This document shows, in pieces, positions 1 through 9,712 of a DNA stretch of 44,644 bases (the first letter of the stretch is position 1; each line of letters starts with the position of its first letter). A model generated the notes under the pieces. It had not been told where the DNA came from, made no database searches, and saw nothing but the letters and a program-made list of their open reading frames with translations. Location of the stretch: contig DAUW01000131.1 in the NCBI GenBank assembly GCA_002505355.1, forward strand, positions 1-44,644. The letters are read 5' to 3'. The position numbers and the translations under genes were made by a program. Origin of the DNA: Euryarchaeota archaeon UBA229 (GTDB lineage: Archaea; Thermoplasmatota; Poseidoniia; Poseidoniales; Poseidoniaceae).

Positions 1-144
1 TCGACACTTTTTTGCAAAGCAATCAAAAAGGAGGACTAATACAGCATCTCGATAGGGATGTTGGAACGCCGGAAACCTTTGGATTTGCTGTTCCCTCTAC
101 AAGGAAATGCCAAGTCTAGAGAAACTGGTGAAGCTACACCAAGA

Positions 145-1353
145 ATGACGACCCTAGAAAGACTACGTGCCGGTGTTGTACTCGCTCGAGATGCGGTAAA
201 AGCCGTTAGCGTTACCGCAATGGAGGCACTGCGAGAGGGTGTTGCATTCATTGGAATTACCGACAAAAACGAGCTGGTTGATCCTTTTGAAAATCTGGAC
301 GCCCCAATATGGTCTGAACAACCGCCTCAGGAACTACTCAAATTAGCATATCAATACTGCGAGAAGCTAACTATTCAAGAAGCTGGTAACTTCTATCACT
401 CATTCAAGTATCTGCCTGACGAACAACGCTTAGCCATGTGTGCAGTGTATGCTTTTTGCCGTCGAGCAGATGATATTGCTGACGGCGATTGGGCTGATCG
501 ATTTCCAGGCAGTGTCGGACAAACCGACCCAGAAGCAACCGAATATCGTGAACAGTTAGAGTCACTGCAAAATAGGGGTACTATCCTTGACGAGGAATCC
601 TACTTGAACAAAATAACTCAGTTGTTCTTTTTCCGCAAGAAACTTTCGACATGCTACACAGACGTGTACTCAACTGACCCAGTTTTCCTTGCCTTGAAAG
701 ATACTGTCGATCGATACGGAATTCCAAGAAATGTGTTTGACGATTTAATTTCTGGCATGGAGGATGATCTCTACAATAACCGTTATCGTACATTCGACGA
801 ACTTTACGATTATTGCTATCGAGTAGCGTCAGTAGTTGGACTGATGTGCATTGAGATTTATGGCTATAATGACCCTATAGCCAAAAAATATGCAGAATCA
901 TGGGGCATTTTCATGCAACTCACCAATGTCTTACGAGACGTAGGTGAAGACATTGAACGCGATAGAGTATACCTCCCGCTAGACGAACTAGAGAAAAATG
1001 GAATTCAAGAATCTGAACTAGACGGCAAGGTAGTTTTGAACAAAACCTGGGAACCCTACTGTTATCACTATGCTAGAAGAGCTAGAACCTACCTTGAAGA
1101 AGCAAGGCAACTACTACCTTTACTGCCAAGAAGAACCAGATACTCTCCCGCCGCAATGATTGCATTCTACGACAAGATATTGCGACAAATTGAGAAAGAA
1201 CAAGGTGACGTATTCACCAAGCGAGTAAAACTAAACAAATTGCAGAAGATGAGTTTAGCAGCAGCGGTTTATGTTAGGCACAGGATGTTGCCAAGAATAC
1301 TAGACCCGTTGTGGAATGGGCTGTCTAAATTAGGAATACTGCCCTCTGTTTGA
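145..1353 (+). CDS. Phytoene/squalene synthase family protein (CrtB/HpnD-like)
   Basis: NFYHSF, AVYAFCRRADDIAD, YCYRVASVVG and QLTNVLRDVGED-RVYLP head-to-head prenyl synthase motifs. The ORF is open from 58; ATG at 145 is the likelier start. Confidence 0.9.
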   Translation: MTTLERLRAGVVLARDAVKAVSVTAMEALREGVAFIGITDKNELVDPFENLDAPIWSEQPPQELLKLAYQYCEKLTIQEAGNFYHSFKYLPDEQRLAMCAVYAFCRRADDIADGDWADRFPGSVGQTDPEATEYREQLESLQNRGTILDEESYLNKITQLFFFRKKLSTCYTDVYSTDPVFLALKDTVDRYGIPRNVFDDLISGMEDDLYNNRYRTFDELYDYCYRVASVVGLMCIEIYGYNDPIAKKYAESWGIFMQLTNVLRDVGEDIERDRVYLPLDELEKNGIQESELDGKVVLNKTWEPYCYHYARRARTYLEEARQLLPLLPRRTRYSPAAMIAFYDKILRQIEKEQGDVFTKRVKLNKLQKMSLAAAVYVRHRMLPRILDPLWNGLSKLGILPSV

Positions 1354-1366
1354 GGCTGTTGACAAC

Positions 1367-2542
1367 TCAGTTTGTTCTAGTGAAAGCCTGTATACCGGTG
1401 ATATAACGACCGAGAATTAGGTTGTGAATGTCATGGGTTCCCTCATATGTTTTCACAGATTCTAAATTAGCCATGTGACGCATCACTGGGTATTCGTCAA
1501 GAATTCCGTTGGCGCCGTGGATGTCACGCGCAATTCTTGCAATTTCCAGTGCAATGTCGACATTATTCATCTTGGCTAAGGATATTTGCTCGTTAAACCA
1601 CGTTCCGTCATCCTTCTTCTTACCTAAGTGATAAGCAAGTAATTGTCCTTTGGTTATCTCTCTTAGCATGTAAGCCAATTTGTTCTGAACTAATTGGTAA
1701 GAGGCAATTGGTACATCAAATTGAATTCTCGACAAGGCATATGTTTTGGCACTGTGGAAACAAGCCATTGCCGCACCGAGTGCACCCCATGAGATGCCAT
1801 AACGTGCGTTGTTCAGGCAAGAGAACGGTCCTCTGAGTCCTTTTACCCCGGGGAGTATTCTATCCTTGGGGATTTTACAGTCCTGGAATACTAATTCACT
1901 GGTTACCGAGGCTTTTAGTGAGTGCTTGCCTTTCATTTCAGGAGCGGTAAATCCTTCATCGCCTTTTTCAACAATGAAGCCTTTGATCACGCCGTCAAGT
2001 TTGGCCCACACCACTGCTACATCGGCAATTGTTCCGTTGGTAATCCACATTTTTGCTCCATTGAGCAAAAAGTGGTCGCCCATGTCTTCCGCCTTGGTTA
2101 TCATGTCACCGGGATTGGACCCATAATCTGGTTCGGTCAATCCGAAACAGCCGACCATTTCACCGGTAGCAAGTTTTGGCAAATACTTATTCTTCTGTTC
2201 TTCACTGCCAAAATCCCAAATTGGATACATTGCTAATGAGCCTTGAACAGACGCAAATGATCGCAGCCCTGAATCACCGCGCTCTAGCTCTTGGCAAATC
2301 AGACCGTATGCGACATAGGATAATCCTGGGCAACCATATCCTTTTAGTGGCGCCCCAAGGACTCCCATTTCACCAAGGGCAACTCGCCATTCGTCAGGGA
2401 ATACTCCAGCTTCGCAGGCGTGTTCTATTTTTGGAAGAACTTCTTCGTCAACCCACTCCCTAACCATGTCTCTAATCATGATTTCTTCTTCCGTAAGCAA
2501 GCTTTCTATGTCGTAAAAATCGAGCCCCTCAAACTGCTCCAT
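1367..2542 (-). CDS. gcdH: Acyl-CoA dehydrogenase, glutaryl-CoA dehydrogenase-like
   Basis: ELERGDSGLRS, GCFGLTEPDYGS, LNGAKMWITNG and TYEGTHDIH motifs. Start moved to ATG 2542, after a GGGGAG RBS. Confidence 0.85.
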   Translation of the reverse strand: MEQFEGLDFYDIESLLTEEEIMIRDMVREWVDEEVLPKIEHACEAGVFPDEWRVALGEMGVLGAPLKGYGCPGLSYVAYGLICQELERGDSGLRSFASVQGSLAMYPIWDFGSEEQKNKYLPKLATGEMVGCFGLTEPDYGSNPGDMITKAEDMGDHFLLNGAKMWITNGTIADVAVVWAKLDGVIKGFIVEKGDEGFTAPEMKGKHSLKASVTSELVFQDCKIPKDRILPGVKGLRGPFSCLNNARYGISWGALGAAMACFHSAKTYALSRIQFDVPIASYQLVQNKLAYMLREITKGQLLAYHLGKKKDDGTWFNEQISLAKMNNVDIALEIARIARDIHGANGILDEYPVMRHMANLESVKTYEGTHDIHNLILGRYITGIQAFTRTN

Positions 2543-2605
2543 GTGTTCTCCCCAATGAGTTGTGAACATAGGCGCTTCAATAACCTAACTACGATTAGGA
2601 ATTTT

Positions 2606-3781
2606 CTACTTCTTTCTTTTACCCCTGAGTTGTAAATATTTTCGTTGCAGGAAGGGGCTGTTCATGTAGATTAAACCGAGAATCACACCGGGTACAGAAA
2701 CCGTCACGGCAGCCAGTATTATGGTAGTTAACATCGTATTGTCTATCTTTATTTGATATGGTTCAAAAGCGATGATGTTGCCATTTGAGGTCATAACAAA
2801 ACCACTGTTGAATCCTGTTTCCCAAACGTAAGAAATCTGTCGCCCGGCAATCACAGAGTCCCACTCTGCAAGCTGCGATGAGGAAATCTGAACTTTTGCT
2901 ACGTCATTTAGCGCATCATATCGAACGGTTCCAGAAGGAGCCAAATAGATAATTGATGAACTCGAATGGCCCCTCGATGCAGAAATAAAATCTCCATCTA
3001 AGGTTGTATATTCAACCATATTGCCAACCGAGGATTGGGTATGGTCAACCGTGTTTAATTGGATAGAAATCATACGCAAACCGCTTGCAAACGCAACACA
3101 CTCGTTCAACTGAGGGTCTGGACAATCTACATCTATCCAGGTGTTAGTTTTAGTTCCGCTAATCCAGGTTATGTTGTGCGTTGGGCCAATAACTCCCAAA
3201 CCGCTAGAAATGGTTGATACCACACACAAGTCATAATTCATGTGGCACGATATGCCAGTTATTTCCGAGTTCGCATCGTTCCCCAAATTCAGAAAACCCG
3301 TACCTTCAGAGAATCGCCATATTGAGCCGTCATCACTGGCAAAGTATGCATAATCTCCAGCCGCTCGCCACTCTACGGCACTCATATCCCTACCGAGAAT
3401 CGCGCCAGTACCGTTGACAATGGTGACACTGTGGTCAATCCTCTCATAGCGCATTGCTGTCCCAAAATCACCTGCGATCAATGCTGCCTCACCTCTAGGA
3501 TGCCAAGCAACGTCATTGAAGTGATTATCTCGAGCGCTGTTCAACTCCACATCAAGCGAACGGTCTCCAGGGTTTTTTGCCGAGATTAAGTGTGCATATC
3601 CCTCTTGTCCAACGATGAGTACTGTAGCCCCATCTGGTGAAATGGCCGCAGTACTTATGCCAATATCGTAGTCGGCAATCGAAGCTTCGATTGACAAATC
3701 AACCTGATTGTTTTCAGCAATAACTACCGGGACCAAGAGTAAGAGCAGGAGAGAAATGGATAGGAAATTAGCGACTCGCAC
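2606..3781 (-). CDS. Secreted beta-propeller (WD40-like) protein with C-terminal membrane anchor
   Basis: N-terminal signal peptide (LLLLLLVPVVIA), blade-like repeats (AAISPDG, DVAWHPRG, AVEWRAAG), C-terminal TM helix and basic tail. Confidence 0.7.
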   Translation of the reverse strand: MRVANFLSISLLLLLLVPVVIAENNQVDLSIEASIADYDIGISTAAISPDGATVLIVGQEGYAHLISAKNPGDRSLDVELNSARDNHFNDVAWHPRGEAALIAGDFGTAMRYERIDHSVTIVNGTGAILGRDMSAVEWRAAGDYAYFASDDGSIWRFSEGTGFLNLGNDANSEITGISCHMNYDLCVVSTISSGLGVIGPTHNITWISGTKTNTWIDVDCPDPQLNECVAFASGLRMISIQLNTVDHTQSSVGNMVEYTTLDGDFISASRGHSSSSIIYLAPSGTVRYDALNDVAKVQISSSQLAEWDSVIAGRQISYVWETGFNSGFVMTSNGNIIAFEPYQIKIDNTMLTTIILAAVTVSVPGVILGLIYMNSPFLQRKYLQLRGKRKK

Positions 3782-3871
3782 AATTTATCCACAAAGTGCT
3801 TTATCAAAACATTTCTCTTTAGCCTTTTTCTAACGGTGAGCCTTATGTTCAATGGTGTGTTGGCGTGACTC

Positions 3872-4396
3872 ATGGAGAAATTCGCAGTTAAGCGTGGGCT
3901 GGTAAAACAAATTGGTGGAAATGCAGGACTTGCTAAATTAGCAACAGAATATTTTGATAATGTCAATGCAAATTCTAACGGAGAGTTTTCGGCATCGTTT
4001 GGTATCTTGACTAAAGTCAATGGTCACTTCGACAGCGATGGTAAATTGGTCGTTGACGTTGAACAATTGAAAGGCGATGCACTCGGAGAATTTCTGGCTG
4101 CCGATGGTGGCAGAGAGCAAGCAATGGAATCAAGAAAGCGCTGGTCAGGATTTTTAGATCAAGCCACTGGGTATAATGGCAAGCAGCGAGGCGATAAAGC
4201 CAAAGAGGAGGCAAAGAAATTCTCTAAAGCAAAATCCGCCATCAAGATGGCACACAAGTCGATGGAAATGTCAACAAAATTAACCGATGAGGTAAAAGAA
4301 ACCGCATTAAGTATGATTGCGGAACTAGAATTAATGATTGAAAGTGGAGATGCTCCATCCGAAGGCAAAGTAAAGAAACTCAACGATTTGTTTTGA
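3872..4396 (+). CDS. Conserved archaeal protein, DUF5611-like, with helical C-terminal extension
   Basis: F-VKRG N-terminus, ASFG and WSGFLDQATGYNGKQR resemble DUF5611. Directly upstream of tyrS. Confidence 0.6.
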   Translation: MEKFAVKRGLVKQIGGNAGLAKLATEYFDNVNANSNGEFSASFGILTKVNGHFDSDGKLVVDVEQLKGDALGEFLAADGGREQAMESRKRWSGFLDQATGYNGKQRGDKAKEEAKKFSKAKSAIKMAHKSMEMSTKLTDEVKETALSMIAELELMIESGDAPSEGKVKKLNDLF

Positions 4397-4406
4397 GGTG
4401 ACTTTG

Positions 4407-5558
4407 ATGGATATTGAACAGATGGTTATTCAATATCAAGAAAAGTGTCCGCGCATTAACGAATTAAGCAAAGAACAACTTGCCAGGGTGCACAAAATTA
4501 TCAGTTCAGTGGAGGAAACTGTCGGATTAGACTACCTGGTTGATTGTATCGCCGATGGTAAAAGTGCTCGTGGCGATGGAATACTCAGGTGCTATGTTGG
4601 GTTTGAGCCATCAGGCAAGGCTCACATTGGATGGAAAGTCCTTGCCTTGCAACTAAAGCGAATGTTGGATGCCAAAGTAAATGTGTTAATCTTTTTAGCT
4701 GATTGGCACGCTTGGATAAACGACAAATTCCGCGGAAATATGGCTGATATACAACTGACTGCTAAGTACATGGAAGATACCTTTCGAGCCTTGCTAGATT
4801 ATCCTCCAGAAGGAGAGGGGCCTGGCGAACTGAGATTTTATTACGCCTCAGAACTCATGGACAATGGGGATTACTGGGCTCGAGTACTCAGATGTTCCAA
4901 AGGCGCTACCTTGGCAATGGTTAGAAAGACTTTCACAATAATGGGTCGCGACGAAGCATCGTCGGACCATGATTTATCGAAATTTTTCTATCCCGCTATG
5001 CAGGCGAGCGACATTTTTGAGCTTGATATTGACATTGCAATTGGTGGCATGGACCAAAGGAAAGCACATATGTTCATGCGAGATGTTGCAGGAAAATACG
5101 GCTGGGATAAAGCAACATGTTTGCATACTCCAATAATTTCCTCATTAAAATCAAGCGGTTCAAGAATGGAAAGTTTTGACCACAAAATGAGCAAATCTGA
5201 TCCCAACGGCGCCATATTGATTCATGATGAGCCGAAAAAACTCCGAAAGAAGATGCAGAAGCACGCATACCTGAATATAGAAGACGAGAATTCCCCCGTA
5301 TATGAACTGGCAGAGCATGTAATACTGCCTGAATTTGGCGAAATTGTCGTAACCCCTAATCCAAAGTTTGGTGAACCCTCAACATGGACGAGTTTGATTG
5401 AATTCAAAACTGCAGTTATGGACGGCACCATTCATCCCCTTGATGCCAAATTTGGCGTTGCGGACGGTATCTCGCGAGGCCTCGAAATTGTTGCAGAACA
5501 TTTTGCCAAGAATCCAAATTTGCTTGACGAAGTTACCGGAATTATCAACCGCAAGTAA
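4407..5558 (+). CDS. tyrS: Tyrosine--tRNA ligase (archaeal type)
   Basis: YVGFEPSGKAHIGW (HIGH motif), YPAMQASD, GGMDQRKAH, KMSKS and HPLDAK. GAGGTGA RBS precedes ATG 4407. Confidence 0.95.
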   Translation: MDIEQMVIQYQEKCPRINELSKEQLARVHKIISSVEETVGLDYLVDCIADGKSARGDGILRCYVGFEPSGKAHIGWKVLALQLKRMLDAKVNVLIFLADWHAWINDKFRGNMADIQLTAKYMEDTFRALLDYPPEGEGPGELRFYYASELMDNGDYWARVLRCSKGATLAMVRKTFTIMGRDEASSDHDLSKFFYPAMQASDIFELDIDIAIGGMDQRKAHMFMRDVAGKYGWDKATCLHTPIISSLKSSGSRMESFDHKMSKSDPNGAILIHDEPKKLRKKMQKHAYLNIEDENSPVYELAEHVILPEFGEIVVTPNPKFGEPSTWTSLIEFKTAVMDGTIHPLDAKFGVADGISRGLEIVAEHFAKNPNLLDEVTGIINRK

Positions 5559-5639
5559 CTCTTACGACATATTTTGCTCTAATAATTGAATACAAATGTT
5601 CATGAATTGAATTACACAGCAAACGACACAGGTGATAAA

Positions 5640-6377
5640 ATGGTCAATATTGCAGTACTGGTAAAACAAGTCCCAGATACAAATTCAAAGATACAAATTG
5701 CTGGCGACAGAGTAGACCTATCCAGCGTTAAAATGGATATCAGTCCATATGATGAATTTGCAGTCGAAAATGCGCTACAGCACAAAGAATCCGCTGGTGG
5801 GACCGTAACTGCGATCACCGTTGGTGGTGCCGGCGCAGATAAAGTCTTGAAAGGTGTCAAAGCGCTCGGCGTTGACAACATCATACGCCTTGATTATGAT
5901 GGTTACATGGATTCCAACGGACTGCAATCAGTGCTTGCAGAAGAAATATCTGCCGGAGGTTTTGATGTAGTCTACTGTGGTAAAGCTGCTGCGGATACGG
6001 GAGCCGGATCTACCGGCCCGGGACTTGCCGAAAAACTGGGCTGGGGCTCAGTATCGAATGCTACTGATATCAAGTTTGAAAACGGACTCACAGTAAGTTA
6101 CCCAAGCGAGGGAGGTAATGCGATTGTTACTGTCAATCTGCCAGCGATTGTAAGTTGTGACAAAGGTTCAATTAAGGTAAGAAAATCTAATGTTAAGGGG
6201 ATAATGATGGCGAAAAGAGCCCAAGTGGAGGTTAAGCCAATATCTCCACCAAATGCAAGTGTGACCATAGTGTCACAAATAATGCCCCCAGCAAAACCAG
6301 CAGGCAAACAGTTCGAAGGTGGAGATTCCGCTAACACAGTAGCCCAACTATTAAGAGATGAGGCAAACATAATTTGA
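5640..6377 (+). CDS. etfB: Electron transfer flavoprotein beta subunit
   Basis: VLVKQVPDT, SPYDEFAVE and CGKAAADTGAG motifs. GGTGA RBS precedes ATG 5640. Confidence 0.92.
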   Translation: MVNIAVLVKQVPDTNSKIQIAGDRVDLSSVKMDISPYDEFAVENALQHKESAGGTVTAITVGGAGADKVLKGVKALGVDNIIRLDYDGYMDSNGLQSVLAEEISAGGFDVVYCGKAAADTGAGSTGPGLAEKLGWGSVSNATDIKFENGLTVSYPSEGGNAIVTVNLPAIVSCDKGSIKVRKSNVKGIMMAKRAQVEVKPISPPNASVTIVSQIMPPAKPAGKQFEGGDSANTVAQLLRDEANII

Positions 6378-6386
6378 GGTGAAAAT

Positions 6387-7319
6387 ATGACAGATACAAT
6401 AGTAATTGCAGAATTATCGAAAGGACAAATTAGTAATGCAACCAATGAACTTGTTACCGCTGCTAATCAGTTAGGCAGTAATTGCACGGTCGTAGTTCCA
6501 TGCACTGACTCAACAGTAGCAAACCCTGCTGGTAGCATTTCTGGTGTTGGTAAAGTAATCGCAGCAAAATCAGACGTATTCTCTAACTATGATGCATCCG
6601 CATGGTCAGAAGCGCTCGATGCGGTTACACCAAGCGGGGTTATCGTTACCTCTGCCTCTGCCCAATCCAAGGATTTAGCAGCAAGATTGGCCGCTAGGCG
6701 ATCTGTTTCAGTAGTTCAGGATGTTATTGCCATTGAAGATGGAATCTTATCGACGCCAATATACTCCGGAAAAGCCATCCAAAAAGTCTCTGTCAACGGT
6801 AACTCTGTTATCAGCGTTCGAGCTAACATTTTTTCACCTGCTGACAATTCTGGAAACTGCGAGATTCAGGTCATAGACACTACAGGAAATGTTACTACTG
6901 CTTTGCAGGAAATGGTCCAGCGGGCGTCAGCACGACTCGACGTTTCCGAAGCGAACATCATTATTTCTGGCGGTCGCGGCATGGGAACTCCGGCAAACTT
7001 CAGCCATCTTGAGGAGATAGCGGACAAACTAGGTGCCGCAGTAGGTGCTTCAAGAGCCGCTGTGGACACTTGGGATGAGATACCACACTCTATGCAAGTT
7101 GGACAAACCGGAAAAACCGTCAACCCAAACCTCTACATTGCAGTAGGAATTTCTGGAGCCATCCAACATTTAGCTGGAATGCGCTCATCAAAATACATCG
7201 TGGCGATTAACAAAGATGCTGACGCACCAATTTTTCAACACGCTGACTACGGAATTGTCGCTACCTGGGAAGAGGCACTACCTGTCTTGAGCAGTTCATT
7301 ATCAAACCTCTTGGCATAA
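6387..7319 (+). CDS. etfA: Electron transfer flavoprotein alpha subunit
   Basis: [34 protein letters not shown] and INKD motifs. Confidence 0.95.
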   Translation: MTDTIVIAELSKGQISNATNELVTAANQLGSNCTVVVPCTDSTVANPAGSISGVGKVIAAKSDVFSNYDASAWSEALDAVTPSGVIVTSASAQSKDLAARLAARRSVSVVQDVIAIEDGILSTPIYSGKAIQKVSVNGNSVISVRANIFSPADNSGNCEIQVIDTTGNVTTALQEMVQRASARLDVSEANIIISGGRGMGTPANFSHLEEIADKLGAAVGASRAAVDTWDEIPHSMQVGQTGKTVNPNLYIAVGISGAIQHLAGMRSSKYIVAINKDADAPIFQHADYGIVATWEEALPVLSSSLSNLLA

Positions 7320-8075
7320 TCAACGGTATTTTCCTGAGGCTGGGCTGCTACTGCCGACAAATGGATTAGTGCTCCGCTCAACTCCAATTGTCGTTGTTGG
7401 ACCATGACCAGGATAAACGACGGTATCTGCATCTAGGGGCCACAACTTGGTAATTATCGAGTTAGATAATACGCTAAAATCGCCTCCTGAATTTGGTAAA
7501 TCCGTTCGACCAACCGAACCGGCAAACAGTGTATCTCCAGCAAATAGTTGGTCCGGTCCGTCATCCAACTCCAGAAGTAAACAACAACCACCAAGAGTGT
7601 GTCCGGGTGTATGTAAAACAGTAAATGTTAGTGAACCGAGCACCAATTCCATTTCATCATGCAATTTCTTATCAGCAACAGCCGGCTGTGGTAATTCAAA
7701 ACCGTAACGGCGAGCGGAATTTTGGACTAGGCTTTGAAGATAGAAATCCGCTTCATGTAAGTACCAACTTACATTATATCTATTCAACAGCAGAGGTATC
7801 TCACCTGAGTGATCAAAATGTGCATGAGTGTTGACTAAGGCAATGACTTTTCTTTCGGTAATCCCGTGTAATGCTAGTTGGCTTTGGTCAGTTGGTCCAT
7901 TAGACCAATCGGGACCGCGACCAGAAAATCCATCGATCCAGGCTATTAAGCGGTCAGCCTCCGCGCCTCCATCAATGATTATCGTATCACCGGTCGATAA
8001 ATCAGTAACAACTGAACAACGCATTGATAGAGCTCCGACAATAAAAGACTCAACCCAAATATCTCTAGTTTTCAA
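7320..8075 (-). CDS. MBL-fold metallo-hydrolase (glyoxalase II-like)
   Basis: THAHFDH (HxHxDH), HTPGHT, GDTLF-GSVGRTD and YPGHG motifs. Confidence 0.9.
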   Translation of the reverse strand: MKTRDIWVESFIVGALSMRCSVVTDLSTGDTIIIDGGAEADRLIAWIDGFSGRGPDWSNGPTDQSQLALHGITERKVIALVNTHAHFDHSGEIPLLLNRYNVSWYLHEADFYLQSLVQNSARRYGFELPQPAVADKKLHDEMELVLGSLTFTVLHTPGHTLGGCCLLLELDDGPDQLFAGDTLFAGSVGRTDLPNSGGDFSVLSNSIITKLWPLDADTVVYPGHGPTTTIGVERSTNPFVGSSSPASGKYR

Positions 8076-8076
8076 T

Positions 8077-9630
8077 TCATCTCACTTCCACTTGGACTGA
8101 GTCCGAGGTTGAATAACCGTCATCGTCAGTAATTCTTAGTTCAAAACGGTGATTTCCACGACCGAGTTTAACCCGAAACTTTCCGAGGTTTGAAATCTCT
8201 TTTCCGGTTTCTTCAACCCAACTGTAACTAACACTTCTTCCTTTGATACCGCTGGATTTACCACTGTCTAGGACAACTATGCAGTAACCATCATCACCAC
8301 ATTGATGAGAGGAATCGTCACCTGCGTGTGCGATTGGTCGCTGGATTGATTTTACGTCATCCATCAATTCAGCCATTAGATTTATGTCACTAATTTCAGT
8401 ACTGTCAGGACCCTTATCCTCGGCAACATTACTCTCTTCCAAAGCGGATAAAATATTGTCTAAATCACCACCTAATAGGTGGTTCTCGGCGGCTGATTCA
8501 GTACCCATTAGAGCGGTCAGTTTATCATCTTCTGAATAGATCTCATCGGCACTTAGCATGGCATTTTGCTCAGCAAATTCAAACCACGCCGTAAGTTCAG
8601 ATTTATCACGCTCAACCAGGTCAGAGGCTAAATCAATTACACCAATCGGCTCAGGTTTAGTAAAATCATTTTGATCATCACCTGCGAAGAAAATTTTCTT
8701 AACTGACTTGCAATATGCTAAGTATTGAACAATGCCTTGGTGCTCAATCATCCAATGCTCCCCTGAAGTGTTTATTCCATGCAGGTAAAACCACGAACCA
8801 GCAATCACCCAGTCATCGGTTGTCTCGAGGATTTTAATCGGGTATTTTGTGGCAATAATACAATCAGATATAGCATATGAGTTATTTGGTTCACTAACCA
8901 ACTGATGAATTGAACCATCATCAAAACCGAGGTATGTAACTGTCGAATTTGCCGATGAATTCAGTAGCCTGTTCTTTACCTCCGTTCTCATTAACAATTT
9001 CCCTTCAAACACGTCCCATAACTCAACTTCCAGCGCTTCTTCCTCACCTGGAACAAGCGCATAACCTTCTCTACCAATAATCAATTTATCAGCAGATGTA
9101 CATCCAACCGCAGTAATAGACTCACCAACCTCACCTCTTGGAGGTCTGTGCCAAGTTGACTGCTCGCCATCAAAGTAATGCACTGAACCATTTTCTTGTA
9201 CTAATACAACGCCAACACCAAAAGCCAGCAGGTTGATTAACGAGGTAAACTGATCTGATGAATATAATATTTCACCGCTATAAGAAATGGTCGTTAGCCT
9301 ACCCAAATTATCTATCACTGCAATAAAATTTACACATTTTTCGATGCGCGAAACACCACCAGGAACCTCACATTCCCAGATTTGATTACATTGAAAATCA
9401 ACACACTTTACGCCAAAATTATCATCACCAAACAATAGTTTTGATTCATAGATAAATATGCCTACAGGATTTCCTTCTATAGAAATATTATGCCGCTGGT
9501 TTTGGTCATCTATAACGCCTAATGTTCCATTATTTTGGGACCAAGCAAGCACGTTGCCATCACTTGATGCGGCCAATCCACTAACCGTTGTTTCGGGACT
9601 AACAGCCACATTAACATCATGAGTTAGCAT
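8077..9630 (-). CDS. Beta-propeller protein with acidic linker and C-terminal PKD/Ig-like domain
   Basis: PQQ/WD-like beta repeats over the first ~340 aa, a D/E-rich linker, then a PIAHAGDD...VSYSW...G.H.FELRITDDDG PKD-like pattern. Confidence 0.6.
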   Translation of the reverse strand: MLTHDVNVAVSPETTVSGLAASSDGNVLAWSQNNGTLGVIDDQNQRHNISIEGNPVGIFIYESKLLFGDDNFGVKCVDFQCNQIWECEVPGGVSRIEKCVNFIAVIDNLGRLTTISYSGEILYSSDQFTSLINLLAFGVGVVLVQENGSVHYFDGEQSTWHRPPRGEVGESITAVGCTSADKLIIGREGYALVPGEEEALEVELWDVFEGKLLMRTEVKNRLLNSSANSTVTYLGFDDGSIHQLVSEPNNSYAISDCIIATKYPIKILETTDDWVIAGSWFYLHGINTSGEHWMIEHQGIVQYLAYCKSVKKIFFAGDDQNDFTKPEPIGVIDLASDLVERDKSELTAWFEFAEQNAMLSADEIYSEDDKLTALMGTESAAENHLLGGDLDNILSALEESNVAEDKGPDSTEISDINLMAELMDDVKSIQRPIAHAGDDSSHQCGDDGYCIVVLDSGKSSGIKGRSVSYSWVEETGKEISNLGKFRVKLGRGNHRFELRITDDDGYSTSDSVQVEVR

Positions 9631-9712
9631 AGCCCAACGTGAGGTCTGTACATCATTAAGTTCACTATTTGGTGATTAGATTACTGGGTGAACTGCTAAT
9701 TATTGATCGCAG

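Noticed and set aside
9659-9694. AGTTCAC...GTGAACT possible hairpin or small RNA downstream of purF
   Set aside because: Only 7 bp pair perfectly; the inner stem relies on G-U pairs on the strand opposite the flanking genes, and no known RNA motif is recognisable.
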